Source of the DNA: an uncultured Rhodothermales bacterium | GTDB lineage: Bacteria; Bacteroidota; Rhodothermia; Rhodothermales; UBA10348 | Length of the DNA stretch: 64,000 nt | NCBI GenBank assembly: GCA_964383365.1 | Contig: CAYLHF010000012.1 | Location: 8,745 to 72,744 of the forward strand | Direction of reading: 5' to 3' | Shown: positions 46,527-54,387 of the stretch, one piece after another | How positions within the stretch are numbered: position 1 is the first letter of the stretch | Layout of the letters: every line of letters begins with the position of its first letter | Notes under the pieces: model-generated | Told to the model about the DNA's origin: nothing | Databases searched by the model: none | Seen by the model: the letters and a program-made list of their open reading frames with translations, nothing else | Translations under genes and position numbers: made by a program

Positions 46527-46799
46527 TCATTCCGAATCTACATTCTCGGAGCGTCCCTTTACAAATTCGCGCCGCAAACCGACGAAGACATAGGTCAGTA
46601 CACTGGCTAATCCTAAAAATACGGGAACTGCTACAAGACTGATACCGATGCTCGCACCCAATGCGTCCTGATATCGGAGCGACAGAGATACCAGATTTAT
46701 CATCCAGATCGTTATTCCTCCGACGAAAAACCAGATCGCTGAGACGCTCGCTACCTGTAAAATGAAAATGAAAGGGGTATTTGGATCTGTTTTCTTCAT
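46527..46799 (-). CDS. Small two-TM membrane protein, ActD-position subunit of the quinone-module
   Basis: The 90-aa protein has two hydrophobic helices. Its start overlaps the NrfD-like gene stop by 4 nt (46796-46799). I recognise no family. Confidence 0.5.
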   Translation of the reverse strand: MKKTDPNTPFIFILQVASVSAIWFFVGGITIWMINLVSLSLRYQDALGASIGISLVAVPVFLGLASVLTYVFVGLRREFVKGRSENVDSE

Positions 46800-48127
46800 G
46801 ACACATCGGGTAGATAACTTTCAATTCTTTCGGATACTTCTTCCACACTTTCATCGCGACCTTCCTCTATTTCCCATACAGAAATCAGAGGGAAGACCTT
46901 GGAGAACAGCAAGAATCCGAGCATAAATACGGCAACGGCACCTGCGAACAGAGACCACTCGACGAGAGACGGGAGATAAGATCCTATGGGTAGATCCACT
47001 CTCGGGTTTGCGAGTGACGGAACTACGATGATAAATCGTTCCAACCACATCCCGATCACTACCGTGATGGAAGCGATCAGAATACCGGGAATCGTCTTGA
47101 GTTTCTTGAACGAGAGTATCGTCACGGGAATGATGAAATTGCACACCACCATCGCCCAAAAGTACACCGCAAATGGACCGGTAAATTTGTACCAGATAAT
47201 ATCCATTTCATGGGGCTCATTACCGAATACGCCTGTCAGGAATTCTGAGAACGTAAAGTAGAACCACAGGATCGACATGATGAGCAACAGACGACTCAAA
47301 TAATCGAAATGGATGAATTTCAGATACGCTTCGAAGTGATAGAGCTTCCGGAAAAATATCATCACGATCAGAAGGGCGGCAATTCCCGAGAAGATTGCTC
47401 CCACAACGAAATACGGTCCGAATATCGTACTGTGCCATCCCGGTTGGAGCGTCATCGAGAAGATATACGAGATGATCGTATGTACCGAGACTGCGATGGG
47501 GATGACCATGACCATCAAAATACTGATCGCACGATCGAGGATTTTGTGCTGATGAGGTGTTCCGGTCCAGCCCCAGGCCATAAACGTATAGAGTTTATTC
47601 AGCCGACCTCCTCGATCCCGAAGTTTTGCAATATCAGGAATCATGGGCAGGTACAGATAGACTGTGCTTGCTGTAAAATATGCGGTAACACTGGTAACGT
47701 CCCAGAGAAGTGGCGACTGCAAACGACCGACCGTGAACAGGTTCAGCATTCGGTCGGGACGCCCGAGATCCAGGATCGGATGAAGCCCCCCGATGGCCAG
47801 TACAATCGCTGTGATGACTTCTGCCATCCTCGTAATCGGTCGCCTCCACTCGGCCTGAGACAGCCGTAGTATCGCGGATATCAGCGTACCCGCATGACTA
47901 ATTCCGATGAAGAACACGAAGTTTACGATGTAGAACCCCCATGTCACGGGTTCATTCATTCCTGTAACACCGAGTCCGTATCGGATCTGGGTAATATACA
48001 TGTAGAGTGCCCAGACGATTACCGCCACGAGCACCACAACCGAAATGTAGAATCCTCGTCCCGTCTCATAAATCGGCCGGTATAGCGCGGCATCGGTGCC
48101 ATAGTCCTTTTTCTGTGTTTCAGCCAT
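46796..48127 (-). CDS. NrfD/PsrC/ActC-type integral membrane quinone-interacting subunit
   Basis: The conserved N-terminal region is GLGVTGMNEPVTWGFYIVNFVFFIGISHAGTLISAILRLSQAEWRRPITRMAEV. About 10 TM helices are predicted. Confidence 0.85.
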   Translation of the reverse strand: MAETQKKDYGTDAALYRPIYETGRGFYISVVVLVAVIVWALYMYITQIRYGLGVTGMNEPVTWGFYIVNFVFFIGISHAGTLISAILRLSQAEWRRPITRMAEVITAIVLAIGGLHPILDLGRPDRMLNLFTVGRLQSPLLWDVTSVTAYFTASTVYLYLPMIPDIAKLRDRGGRLNKLYTFMAWGWTGTPHQHKILDRAISILMVMVIPIAVSVHTIISYIFSMTLQPGWHSTIFGPYFVVGAIFSGIAALLIVMIFFRKLYHFEAYLKFIHFDYLSRLLLIMSILWFYFTFSEFLTGVFGNEPHEMDIIWYKFTGPFAVYFWAMVVCNFIIPVTILSFKKLKTIPGILIASITVVIGMWLERFIIVVPSLANPRVDLPIGSYLPSLVEWSLFAGAVAVFMLGFLLFSKVFPLISVWEIEEGRDESVEEVSERIESYLPDVS

Positions 48128-48129
48128 GA

Positions 48130-48813
48130 TTATTCTTTCTCCGCGAGATAGTAGACTTTGGGTTCTGTGCCCAGGTCCTCCATAACCCGGAGGGCACGTG
48201 TGCTGTGGGAACGCTCATAGACCTTGCTACTCTTGTCGTCCAGATCTCCGAATGTGATGGCGTCGGCGGGGCAGCTTTCCGCGCAGGCAGGGACGTATTC
48301 ACCGTCACGTACCTCGCGATCCTCCAGTGCAGCCTGTTCACGCGCCTTGATCAGACGGTGAGCGCAGAACGAACACTTTTCAACGACGCCCTTCATCCGG
48401 AGAGATACATCTGGATTATGGGTGGCATCCTGTGCTTCATTCCACTCAGGTTCATACCAATTGAATGACTTCGCCGTGAACGGACACGCCGCCATACAAT
48501 AGCGACATCCTATACAGCGGTTATAGATCTGAGCTACGAGCCCTTCGTCGTTTATGTAGGTAGCGTGAACCGGGCAAACACGCGTACACGGTGGATTATC
48601 ACAGTGGAAACAAAGACGAGGCACTCGTTTGGCGCTCATATCAGGATAGTCCCCTTCGTAGGCGGTCGTCATGTCCATCCAGAACATGGCACGACTCGAA
48701 TTCGCCTCCTCCGGGCTGACCACGGCTACATTATTCTCGATTTTGCACGCCGCGACACAGTCGCCACAGCCGGTGCACTTATCGAGATCTATGACCATTC
48801 CCCATTTAGGCAT
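48130..48813 (-). CDS. 4Fe-4S ferredoxin-type iron-sulfur subunit (PsrB/NrfC/ActB2-like)
   Basis: MVIDLDKCTGCGDCVAACKIENN and further Cys clusters are present (CFHCDNPPCTRVCP, CIGCRYCMAACP, CSFCAHRL...CAESCP). Confidence 0.85.
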   Translation of the reverse strand: MPKWGMVIDLDKCTGCGDCVAACKIENNVAVVSPEEANSSRAMFWMDMTTAYEGDYPDMSAKRVPRLCFHCDNPPCTRVCPVHATYINDEGLVAQIYNRCIGCRYCMAACPFTAKSFNWYEPEWNEAQDATHNPDVSLRMKGVVEKCSFCAHRLIKAREQAALEDREVRDGEYVPACAESCPADAITFGDLDDKSSKVYERSHSTRALRVMEDLGTEPKVYYLAEKE

Positions 48814-48855
48814 TGTGTGATCCTCTCGATTGCTTGCTAGGGTTTTTCATTTTCG

Positions 48856-51219
48856 TCAGGCTCTTTTCTTGATGCGAACCAGCGTGGATTGCGTGGCCGG
48901 TGTTCCGCCGAGGCGATCATATATTCCGGCCATAATAGCGTTCGGATTCTCGCCAAATCCATCGGCGTTCTGTCCGAAATTAGTGTGCCCCATACCGAAT
49001 GGAATTGCGACCGTGTTCGGGACAATTCCCTCGTGAATTTTTGCTTGGACCCGAACGGCTCCCTGTCTGGACTCGATCCATACCCAGTCACCATCCTGAA
49101 TGTCATTGTCAGCAGCTGTGACGGGACTCATTTCGACCCAGGTGTTCCAGTAGCATCTTACTGCCTGGCCCATCATTTCCTGAAGCATGCGATCATTAGC
49201 ACCCCGTCCATCTCGGTGCGTGAGCGTCTGAAATGTGATTAGATTCAGGTCATACCCGTCGCTCTCTATCGTCTCACTATGGGCTCCAGTCTCCAGTAGA
49301 TGCGCTGTCGTAAGATCGTATTTCCTCGATGACGTGTGGAATACCGGCGGTTTCTCGTACCGGACGGAATCGGGATTCCACCAGCCGCCCCTGTCGACCA
49401 ATTTTTTCCAGAACGAATCGAAGGAGCGCTCTCTTCCGGGAGTATGATTCGGTCGCGACGAACGATCCGACCAGAATTCCCCCGCGCTCTCAGACGCAAT
49501 CATTCCGGTACCGGATTCGAAGAGACCCCGGGTTTGATTTTTGATGGTTTCCTTCAGCGTTTTATATGGGTACGCTGCAGATACAGAGTCATCAAGCCGA
49601 TTCGCGATGTCAATCAGTACATCGGCAGGGGTTCTTGACTCATAGAAAGGAGCAATAACCGGCTGTTGGACACCCACATACGACATGGGAACCGTGGGAA
49701 CAGAATCGACGACACCCCAGGACTCCAGAAACGTGCTTGCCGGGAGGATGAGATCAGCATTTGCATTCGTTTCGTTCTGGAATACGTCAAAACTCACTGT
49801 CAGGGGTGTATTTCGAAGCAACGACTCGAAATCGTGATGACGGATCGAAGAAAACAACGGATTCCCACCAAAAAGGAACAGCACACTGACCGGATACGGA
49901 TCCTGAGCGCCGGCGTTGTTGATGAGTTCATCCGGGCTGAAGGCAACTGCCGGATAATCGCCCTTGGTGGAGCGACCAATCGGCAGGGCCTTGATACCCT
50001 CCCTAGCAATAGAATCAGGTTTTACGCTGGCAAAGGATGCAAAGGGAACGTCAGATGGTCGAACGACTCCGCCCTTCTTTCCAAGATTTCCCAGGAGCAC
50101 ATTCAGAGCGTGGACGGCGAGTGCCCCGGTTGTACCGTCAGTCGTAGAACGTAGGCCCTGGTCGCCCAGAATAATGGCATGATCGGCATGTCCGACCTCG
50201 CGCGCAATCGACTCGATCGTCTCCGATGGAATCCCGGTAAGCTCACCGACTTTCGCGGGATGATACGAGTCCATTACGATGGATTTGAATCCAGCGTGTT
50301 TTACACCCCGAGCGTCTTTCCAATCGTCAAAACCAACGGTTCTTTTGTCGACAAAAGATGCGTCATACAAATTGTCACGAATCAACACATGGGCTATACC
50401 CAGCGCAAATGACGCATACGTCCCTGGTTTGATAGGGACCCATTGGTCAGCATTCGACGCAGACAGATTCAGCCTGGCGTCAGCATGTATGATTCGTGCC
50501 CTAGATCCATCTTCGCGGTCCCTGGAACGACTGAATACCTTCGTATGGTATACGGGAGCATATCCCTCTTCAAGGTAATTGGCGCCCACGCTCAGTATGA
50601 CATCTGCATTTCCTGTGTCGTATGCCGGTAACGTACGTGTCCCTTCTGCCATCTCATGCGCCGCACCGGCAAAAACATCGTCAGCAAATCGATAATAATT
50701 TGGCGATCCAAACGCCTGCATGAATCGGTCAATATGCTGCTGCTCAAACGCCGATTCGTCGGAGCCGAGACAGACCAATTCTTCCGTCCTTTTCTCTCGA
50801 CGAAGTGTTGAGAGAGCTTCGTTAATCATATTGAGCGCCTCGTCCCACGAGATCTCCTCCCAATGACCATCTCCAGGTGATCCTACATGTCTCACTGGCT
50901 GCTTCAAGCGATCGGGGTTGAAGAGCATTCCGATCGAACTTCGGCCGAGCGGGCAAATTCCTCCGAGACTGATCGGATTCATCGGATTACCTTTGACCAT
51001 TATCGGGACATCGTCTATGAGGCGCACAGACAATCCGCATCCCCCCGGACATCGCCGGCAGATGGTATTCTTCCATGTCTCAATCCCTTTTCCCCTCTTG
51101 ACCTGCTCGACGAGTTCGTCCGGCACATCGATCATTTCATCGATACCAAATCCACCGAGAGCAATCGCTCCCGACACACCGCCCAGCAATCTCAAAAATT
51201 CGCGTCGCTGTATCTTCAT
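48856..51219 (-). CDS. Tat-exported molybdopterin-oxidoreductase-family (CISM) large subunit, PsrA/QrcB/ActB1-like; substrate and cofactor status unknown
   Basis: It has the twin-arginine signal MKIQRREFLRLLGG and an N-terminal Cys group C54-x2-C57-x3-C61...C89 (ICRRCPGGCGL...GGICPLG), which is typical of the FS0 [4Fe-4S] site. The length and overall pattern fit the family. Confidence 0.75.
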   Translation of the reverse strand: MKIQRREFLRLLGGVSGAIALGGFGIDEMIDVPDELVEQVKRGKGIETWKNTICRRCPGGCGLSVRLIDDVPIMVKGNPMNPISLGGICPLGRSSIGMLFNPDRLKQPVRHVGSPGDGHWEEISWDEALNMINEALSTLRREKRTEELVCLGSDESAFEQQHIDRFMQAFGSPNYYRFADDVFAGAAHEMAEGTRTLPAYDTGNADVILSVGANYLEEGYAPVYHTKVFSRSRDREDGSRARIIHADARLNLSASNADQWVPIKPGTYASFALGIAHVLIRDNLYDASFVDKRTVGFDDWKDARGVKHAGFKSIVMDSYHPAKVGELTGIPSETIESIAREVGHADHAIILGDQGLRSTTDGTTGALAVHALNVLLGNLGKKGGVVRPSDVPFASFASVKPDSIAREGIKALPIGRSTKGDYPAVAFSPDELINNAGAQDPYPVSVLFLFGGNPLFSSIRHHDFESLLRNTPLTVSFDVFQNETNANADLILPASTFLESWGVVDSVPTVPMSYVGVQQPVIAPFYESRTPADVLIDIANRLDDSVSAAYPYKTLKETIKNQTRGLFESGTGMIASESAGEFWSDRSSRPNHTPGRERSFDSFWKKLVDRGGWWNPDSVRYEKPPVFHTSSRKYDLTTAHLLETGAHSETIESDGYDLNLITFQTLTHRDGRGANDRMLQEMMGQAVRCYWNTWVEMSPVTAADNDIQDGDWVWIESRQGAVRVQAKIHEGIVPNTVAIPFGMGHTNFGQNADGFGENPNAIMAGIYDRLGGTPATQSTLVRIKKRA

Positions 51220-51247
51220 TTGTACTCTCTCTGATAGAAGGTGAACC

Positions 51248-51766
51248 TCATCGGTGGCAGGAAAGACAGTCGGTTTTCGCTTCCAGTTTTCGATGACAGT
51301 CCAGACATGCGTCCATCGAAAGTGGATAAAATGGAACCTCCGCGGGGGCCGTTAACTCACCCACGGGACCGTGGCAATTGGAACATTCCAGGTCGCCCGA
51401 AACAACATGTCGGCGATGCGAAAAGTAGACATGGTCTGGAACGGAATACACTCGCTGCCAATCGATTTCGGAGCCTGCCTCGATATGGGCAATCAGTTTG
51501 GCTTCTTCTGCAGAATCATCGGCGAGTGGATCCGAGTCATGACAGTCCAGGCAGACTTCCAGGTCAGGGAGCGTCGCCCTCGGAGACTCTTCTACCCGTT
51601 GATGACAATCCGTGCACTCGAGACCTTCCCCTTCCACATGAATATTGTGATTGTAAGCGATCGGCTGCACGACCGGATCAGGGGACGCAAAAATTGTCAA
51701 TCGCAGTACAAACGCAATGAGTAGGAACGGAATAGCAAAGCCGAAGACCTTCATTAGGGAAGACAT
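51248..51766 (-). CDS. Membrane-anchored pentaheme c-type cytochrome (cytochrome c3/ActA/QrcA-like)
   Basis: It has an N-terminal TM helix (VFGFAIPFLLIAFVL) and 5 CxxCH motifs (CTDCH, CLDCH, CSNCH, CLDCH, CLSCH). It is the first gene of the Mo/FeS/NrfD module. Confidence 0.8.
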   Translation of the reverse strand: MSSLMKVFGFAIPFLLIAFVLRLTIFASPDPVVQPIAYNHNIHVEGEGLECTDCHQRVEESPRATLPDLEVCLDCHDSDPLADDSAEEAKLIAHIEAGSEIDWQRVYSVPDHVYFSHRRHVVSGDLECSNCHGPVGELTAPAEVPFYPLSMDACLDCHRKLEAKTDCLSCHR

Positions 51767-51810
51767 TTCTGTTCGATCCGGTAAGTGAACGAGAATCTGA
51801 TTATCGAATC

Positions 51811-51850
51811 TGACCGGGGCGCTACACGAACCCGCGCAGCGCCCCGGTCA
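51811..51850 (-). terminator. GC-rich 13-bp hairpin between the EB_dh-like gene and the pentaheme gene (possible partial terminator/processing site)
   Basis: tgaccggggcgct (51811-51823) pairs perfectly with agcgccccggtca (51838-51850) around a 14-nt loop. The hairpin lies 27 nt downstream of the stop at 51877 on the minus strand and has no clear U-tract. Confidence 0.4.
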
Positions 51851-51876
51851 AATCGTCACGTGAATGACACGAGGCT

Positions 51877-54006
51877 CTACTTCAGCAGAACCATCTGACG
51901 GGTCTCTACACTCTTCTGAGCCATCAGCTGGTAGAAGTAGATCCCGGAAGCCAAGCCTTCTCCGGAGAACTCAACCTCGTACCGACCCGGAACCATATCG
52001 CGATTTACGAGCGTCTTGACGAGACGACCAAGCGAATCGTAGACATTTAGCGCGACGTGTTCTGAGTTCGATACATTGAAACGGATTCTCGTAACAGGAT
52101 TAAACGGGTTGGGATAATTCTGTTCGAGATCATACGTCACTGGAATCTCATCCGTAGCAAGTTCCTCTACACCCGTAATGGTAGAGAAGTCCAGGGTGTA
52201 AATGGTTCCATCAATGCCGTCGTTTGGATGCTCGTGTCCTTCGTTGTCGAAGATCTCATGGGTGAAATCTACGGTCCCGCCCGGAACGACTGCGAAGTCA
52301 TGCTCCGTACCGGCGTAGGCACGTTTGAATTCGACGGTCCACACACCATTTTTATAGCTACTGGATGTGGTAACGGATGCTCTGTCTCCATCGGGTACTC
52401 GCATGACGTAACCGGGAATTGTACTACCATTTACCCAGGCGGCATTCGGATCGAACGTCGTGGCCATGGACACTGCCGCCGACGAGTGAGCCGTCATGGC
52501 CGTCATCGCGGCGGCGTCCATCCCGAGGAATACCGGGCTTTCTGCCGGCCCGTTGGCCGCCATGAATTGTGGATTTCCATTGGCATCGGCCCCGTTGTCG
52601 GAATAGGCGCTCGTACCGCTGTCTCCATGCATGGTATCTGTTCCAACCCATTTATCATCGACATATCCCAGCGCTGTTCCGCCGCGAGCGGCCTTCCAGT
52701 GCCAGTTGTCTACGACACCGTTATTGGTTCTCATCACACCGTCAAAATGGCACATGGTTGTACAATTGGCGCCGTCAGTGCCGTTAAGTCCCATGTCGAA
52801 GATGAGTCCGAATCTATCTTCGTCGCCGGATTGTGTCCAGGACGTGCCATCGTACGCCCAGAGATGTTTATTAATGGACTCCGTCCCGGACTTATCGACC
52901 CACTGTGCGGACAGGTAGAAATCGTTCCCGTCGGCCATGGCATTCATCGTGACGCCATTGGCAGTGATGAGCGGCTGCGAGGTCCACTCACCCGGAGTGA
53001 CCGTACCATCCATTACCGGTGCTCCGCTGCCAACTACCAATCGCGTTGATCCTGTCAGTTGAGCGAAATCAAGCGTGTAGATGGTCCCGTCAACTCCATC
53101 GTTGGGATGGCTCCCTCCTTCATTGTCGAAGATTTCGTGCGTGAATGCCACGCTCCTACCCGGTGTAACCGTGAAGTCACCCGGAGATCCTGCATAAGAA
53201 CGTTTGAATTCGACCGTCCATACTCCATTGTCAAAAGTCGCCCGAGAAAGAACCGAAGCTCTGTCGCCCGACGGCACCCGGTTGATATATCCGGGAATTT
53301 TGGCACCGGCCGCCCAACCGGCATTCGGATCAAACGGAACAGCTATGGCTGCTGGAAGTGAGGTGTTCGCCTGCGCCAGGTCCTGTGCTGCCTGATCTTG
53401 CGTCAGATACGTGACACTCGTTCCCGGTCCACCCGTCGGCATGAAACTCGGATTTCCATTCGAATCGGACCCATTATCGGCATATGCACTGACGCCAGCA
53501 TCTCCGTGAAAATTATCGGTCCGAACATTTTTGTCATCGACGTACCCCATCGCCACACCACCACGTGCAGCCTTCCAGTGCCAGTTATCAGCGATGCCTG
53601 TATTGGTTCTCATCAGGCCGTCGAAATGACACATGGTCGTGCAACTCGCGCCGTCTGCACCGTTGAGGCCCATGTCGAATATGAAACCAAACCGATCTTC
53701 ATTTCCCGTCTGACTCCACGCGGTTCCGTCGTACGTCCACAGGTGTTTGTCGACGCTCATGGTATTCGTTTTATCCGTCCACTGCACCGCGAGATACAGA
53801 TCGTTTCCGTCCCCCATCGCGTACATCGTCACGTTGTTTGCCGTAACCAGGGCCGGGCCCGTGTATTCTCCCGAAGAGATAACGCCATCGAGTGTCGCGC
53901 TCCCGGGTGTGGCCGTCAGCGTGGTCTGAGCACTGGCATCGACTGCCAGAGCTGCGACGAAAACGGCGAATAGAAGTTGTTGTATATGTCCTCTCATTTT
54001 AGGCAC
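51877..54006 (-). CDS. T9SS-sorted surface protein with two tandem EB_dh/DOMON-like putative heme-binding domains, each carrying a CTTMCH motif
   Basis: It has a signal peptide (LLFAVFVAALAVDASAQ). An internal duplication covers aa ~29-320 and ~321-612, and each copy contains EDRFG.IFDMGLNG.DGA.CTTMCHFDG.MRTN.G..DNWHWKAARGG..GYVDDK, which is the EB_dh-like W.WKA signature. The CTTMCH codons are at 53626-53643 and 52747-52764. The C-terminus LEQNYPNPFNPVTRIRFNV...GIYFYQLMAQKSVETRQMVLLK is a T9SS CTD. The GTG at 54006 and the ATG at 53997 are both possible starts. Confidence 0.7.
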   Translation of the reverse strand: MPKMRGHIQQLLFAVFVAALAVDASAQTTLTATPGSATLDGVISSGEYTGPALVTANNVTMYAMGDGNDLYLAVQWTDKTNTMSVDKHLWTYDGTAWSQTGNEDRFGFIFDMGLNGADGASCTTMCHFDGLMRTNTGIADNWHWKAARGGVAMGYVDDKNVRTDNFHGDAGVSAYADNGSDSNGNPSFMPTGGPGTSVTYLTQDQAAQDLAQANTSLPAAIAVPFDPNAGWAAGAKIPGYINRVPSGDRASVLSRATFDNGVWTVEFKRSYAGSPGDFTVTPGRSVAFTHEIFDNEGGSHPNDGVDGTIYTLDFAQLTGSTRLVVGSGAPVMDGTVTPGEWTSQPLITANGVTMNAMADGNDFYLSAQWVDKSGTESINKHLWAYDGTSWTQSGDEDRFGLIFDMGLNGTDGANCTTMCHFDGVMRTNNGVVDNWHWKAARGGTALGYVDDKWVGTDTMHGDSGTSAYSDNGADANGNPQFMAANGPAESPVFLGMDAAAMTAMTAHSSAAVSMATTFDPNAAWVNGSTIPGYVMRVPDGDRASVTTSSSYKNGVWTVEFKRAYAGTEHDFAVVPGGTVDFTHEIFDNEGHEHPNDGIDGTIYTLDFSTITGVEELATDEIPVTYDLEQNYPNPFNPVTRIRFNVSNSEHVALNVYDSLGRLVKTLVNRDMVPGRYEVEFSGEGLASGIYFYQLMAQKSVETRQMVLLK

Positions 54007-54184
54007 CTCGTAGCGTGCGAAAAAATTTATGTAGTACTTACAGAATGGGATTCGAATGCGTGGTTTCCCGCTACAGACGGATCCGTGATTTCCACCCGAA
54101 TGGTACAGGCTTTTCTCACACGAAGATCGCGGGTGATGGACACACTTCGTGGCAGGTAAGCCTTAAGAACAATGTGAGTAAACA

Positions 54185-54225
54185 CCTGCGCTGTATGTAG
54201 GGGTTTTCCCTACATACAGCGCAGG
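54185..54225. other. Perfect 18-bp inverted repeat (stem-loop)
   Basis: cctgcgctgtatgtaggg (54185-54202), loop gtttt, ccctacatacagcgcagg (54208-54225). It lies between the stop of the 415-aa gene (54388) and the start of the EB_dh-like gene (54006). Neither side has a U-tract. Confidence 0.8.
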
Positions 54226-54305
54226 TCTGGCTGATCGGTAAAAGACACGTCGACGGACGTAACGCTCGCCGTGCCAGACTAATTATGCCAGAAATGCCCG
54301 GTACG

Positions 54306-54321
54306 TGCACTTTGCGTTCCC
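54306..54321 (-). promoter_or_regulatory. Weak candidate sigma-54 promoter facing the EB_dh-like gene
   Basis: The minus strand reads gGGAACGcaaaGTGCA. The GG-N10-GC spacing is correct, with GGAACG against the consensus GGCACG and GTGCA against TTGCA. It lies ~300 nt upstream of the start at 54006. Confidence 0.3.
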
Positions 54322-54387
54322 GTTCTCGATTAATCGGGTGCACGTCCGGACATGTTCTGGTCGTTGAGTACCGTTCGGTTGCAAGCG

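Noticed and set aside
46501-46854. 117-aa alternative-frame ORF overlapping the small membrane protein gene
   Set aside because: The 90-aa frame (46527-46799) has two clean TM helices and a 4-nt coupling overlap with the NrfD-like gene. The alternative frame has neither.
48856-51219. Calling the molybdopterin-family subunit a polysulfide/thiosulfate/tetrathionate/arsenate reductase
   Set aside because: Substrate cannot be read from the sequence by eye, and the Mo-ligand segment was not identifiable. Only a family-level call is justified.
52228-53973. Long plus-strand ORFs (52228-53049, 273 aa; 53398-53973, 191 aa) inside the EB_dh-like gene
   Set aside because: They are antisense to a gene with strong domain, repeat and CTD evidence. 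Their translations are Arg/Gly/His-rich low-complexity sequence with no motifs, which is typical of spurious antisense frames in GC-balanced DNA.
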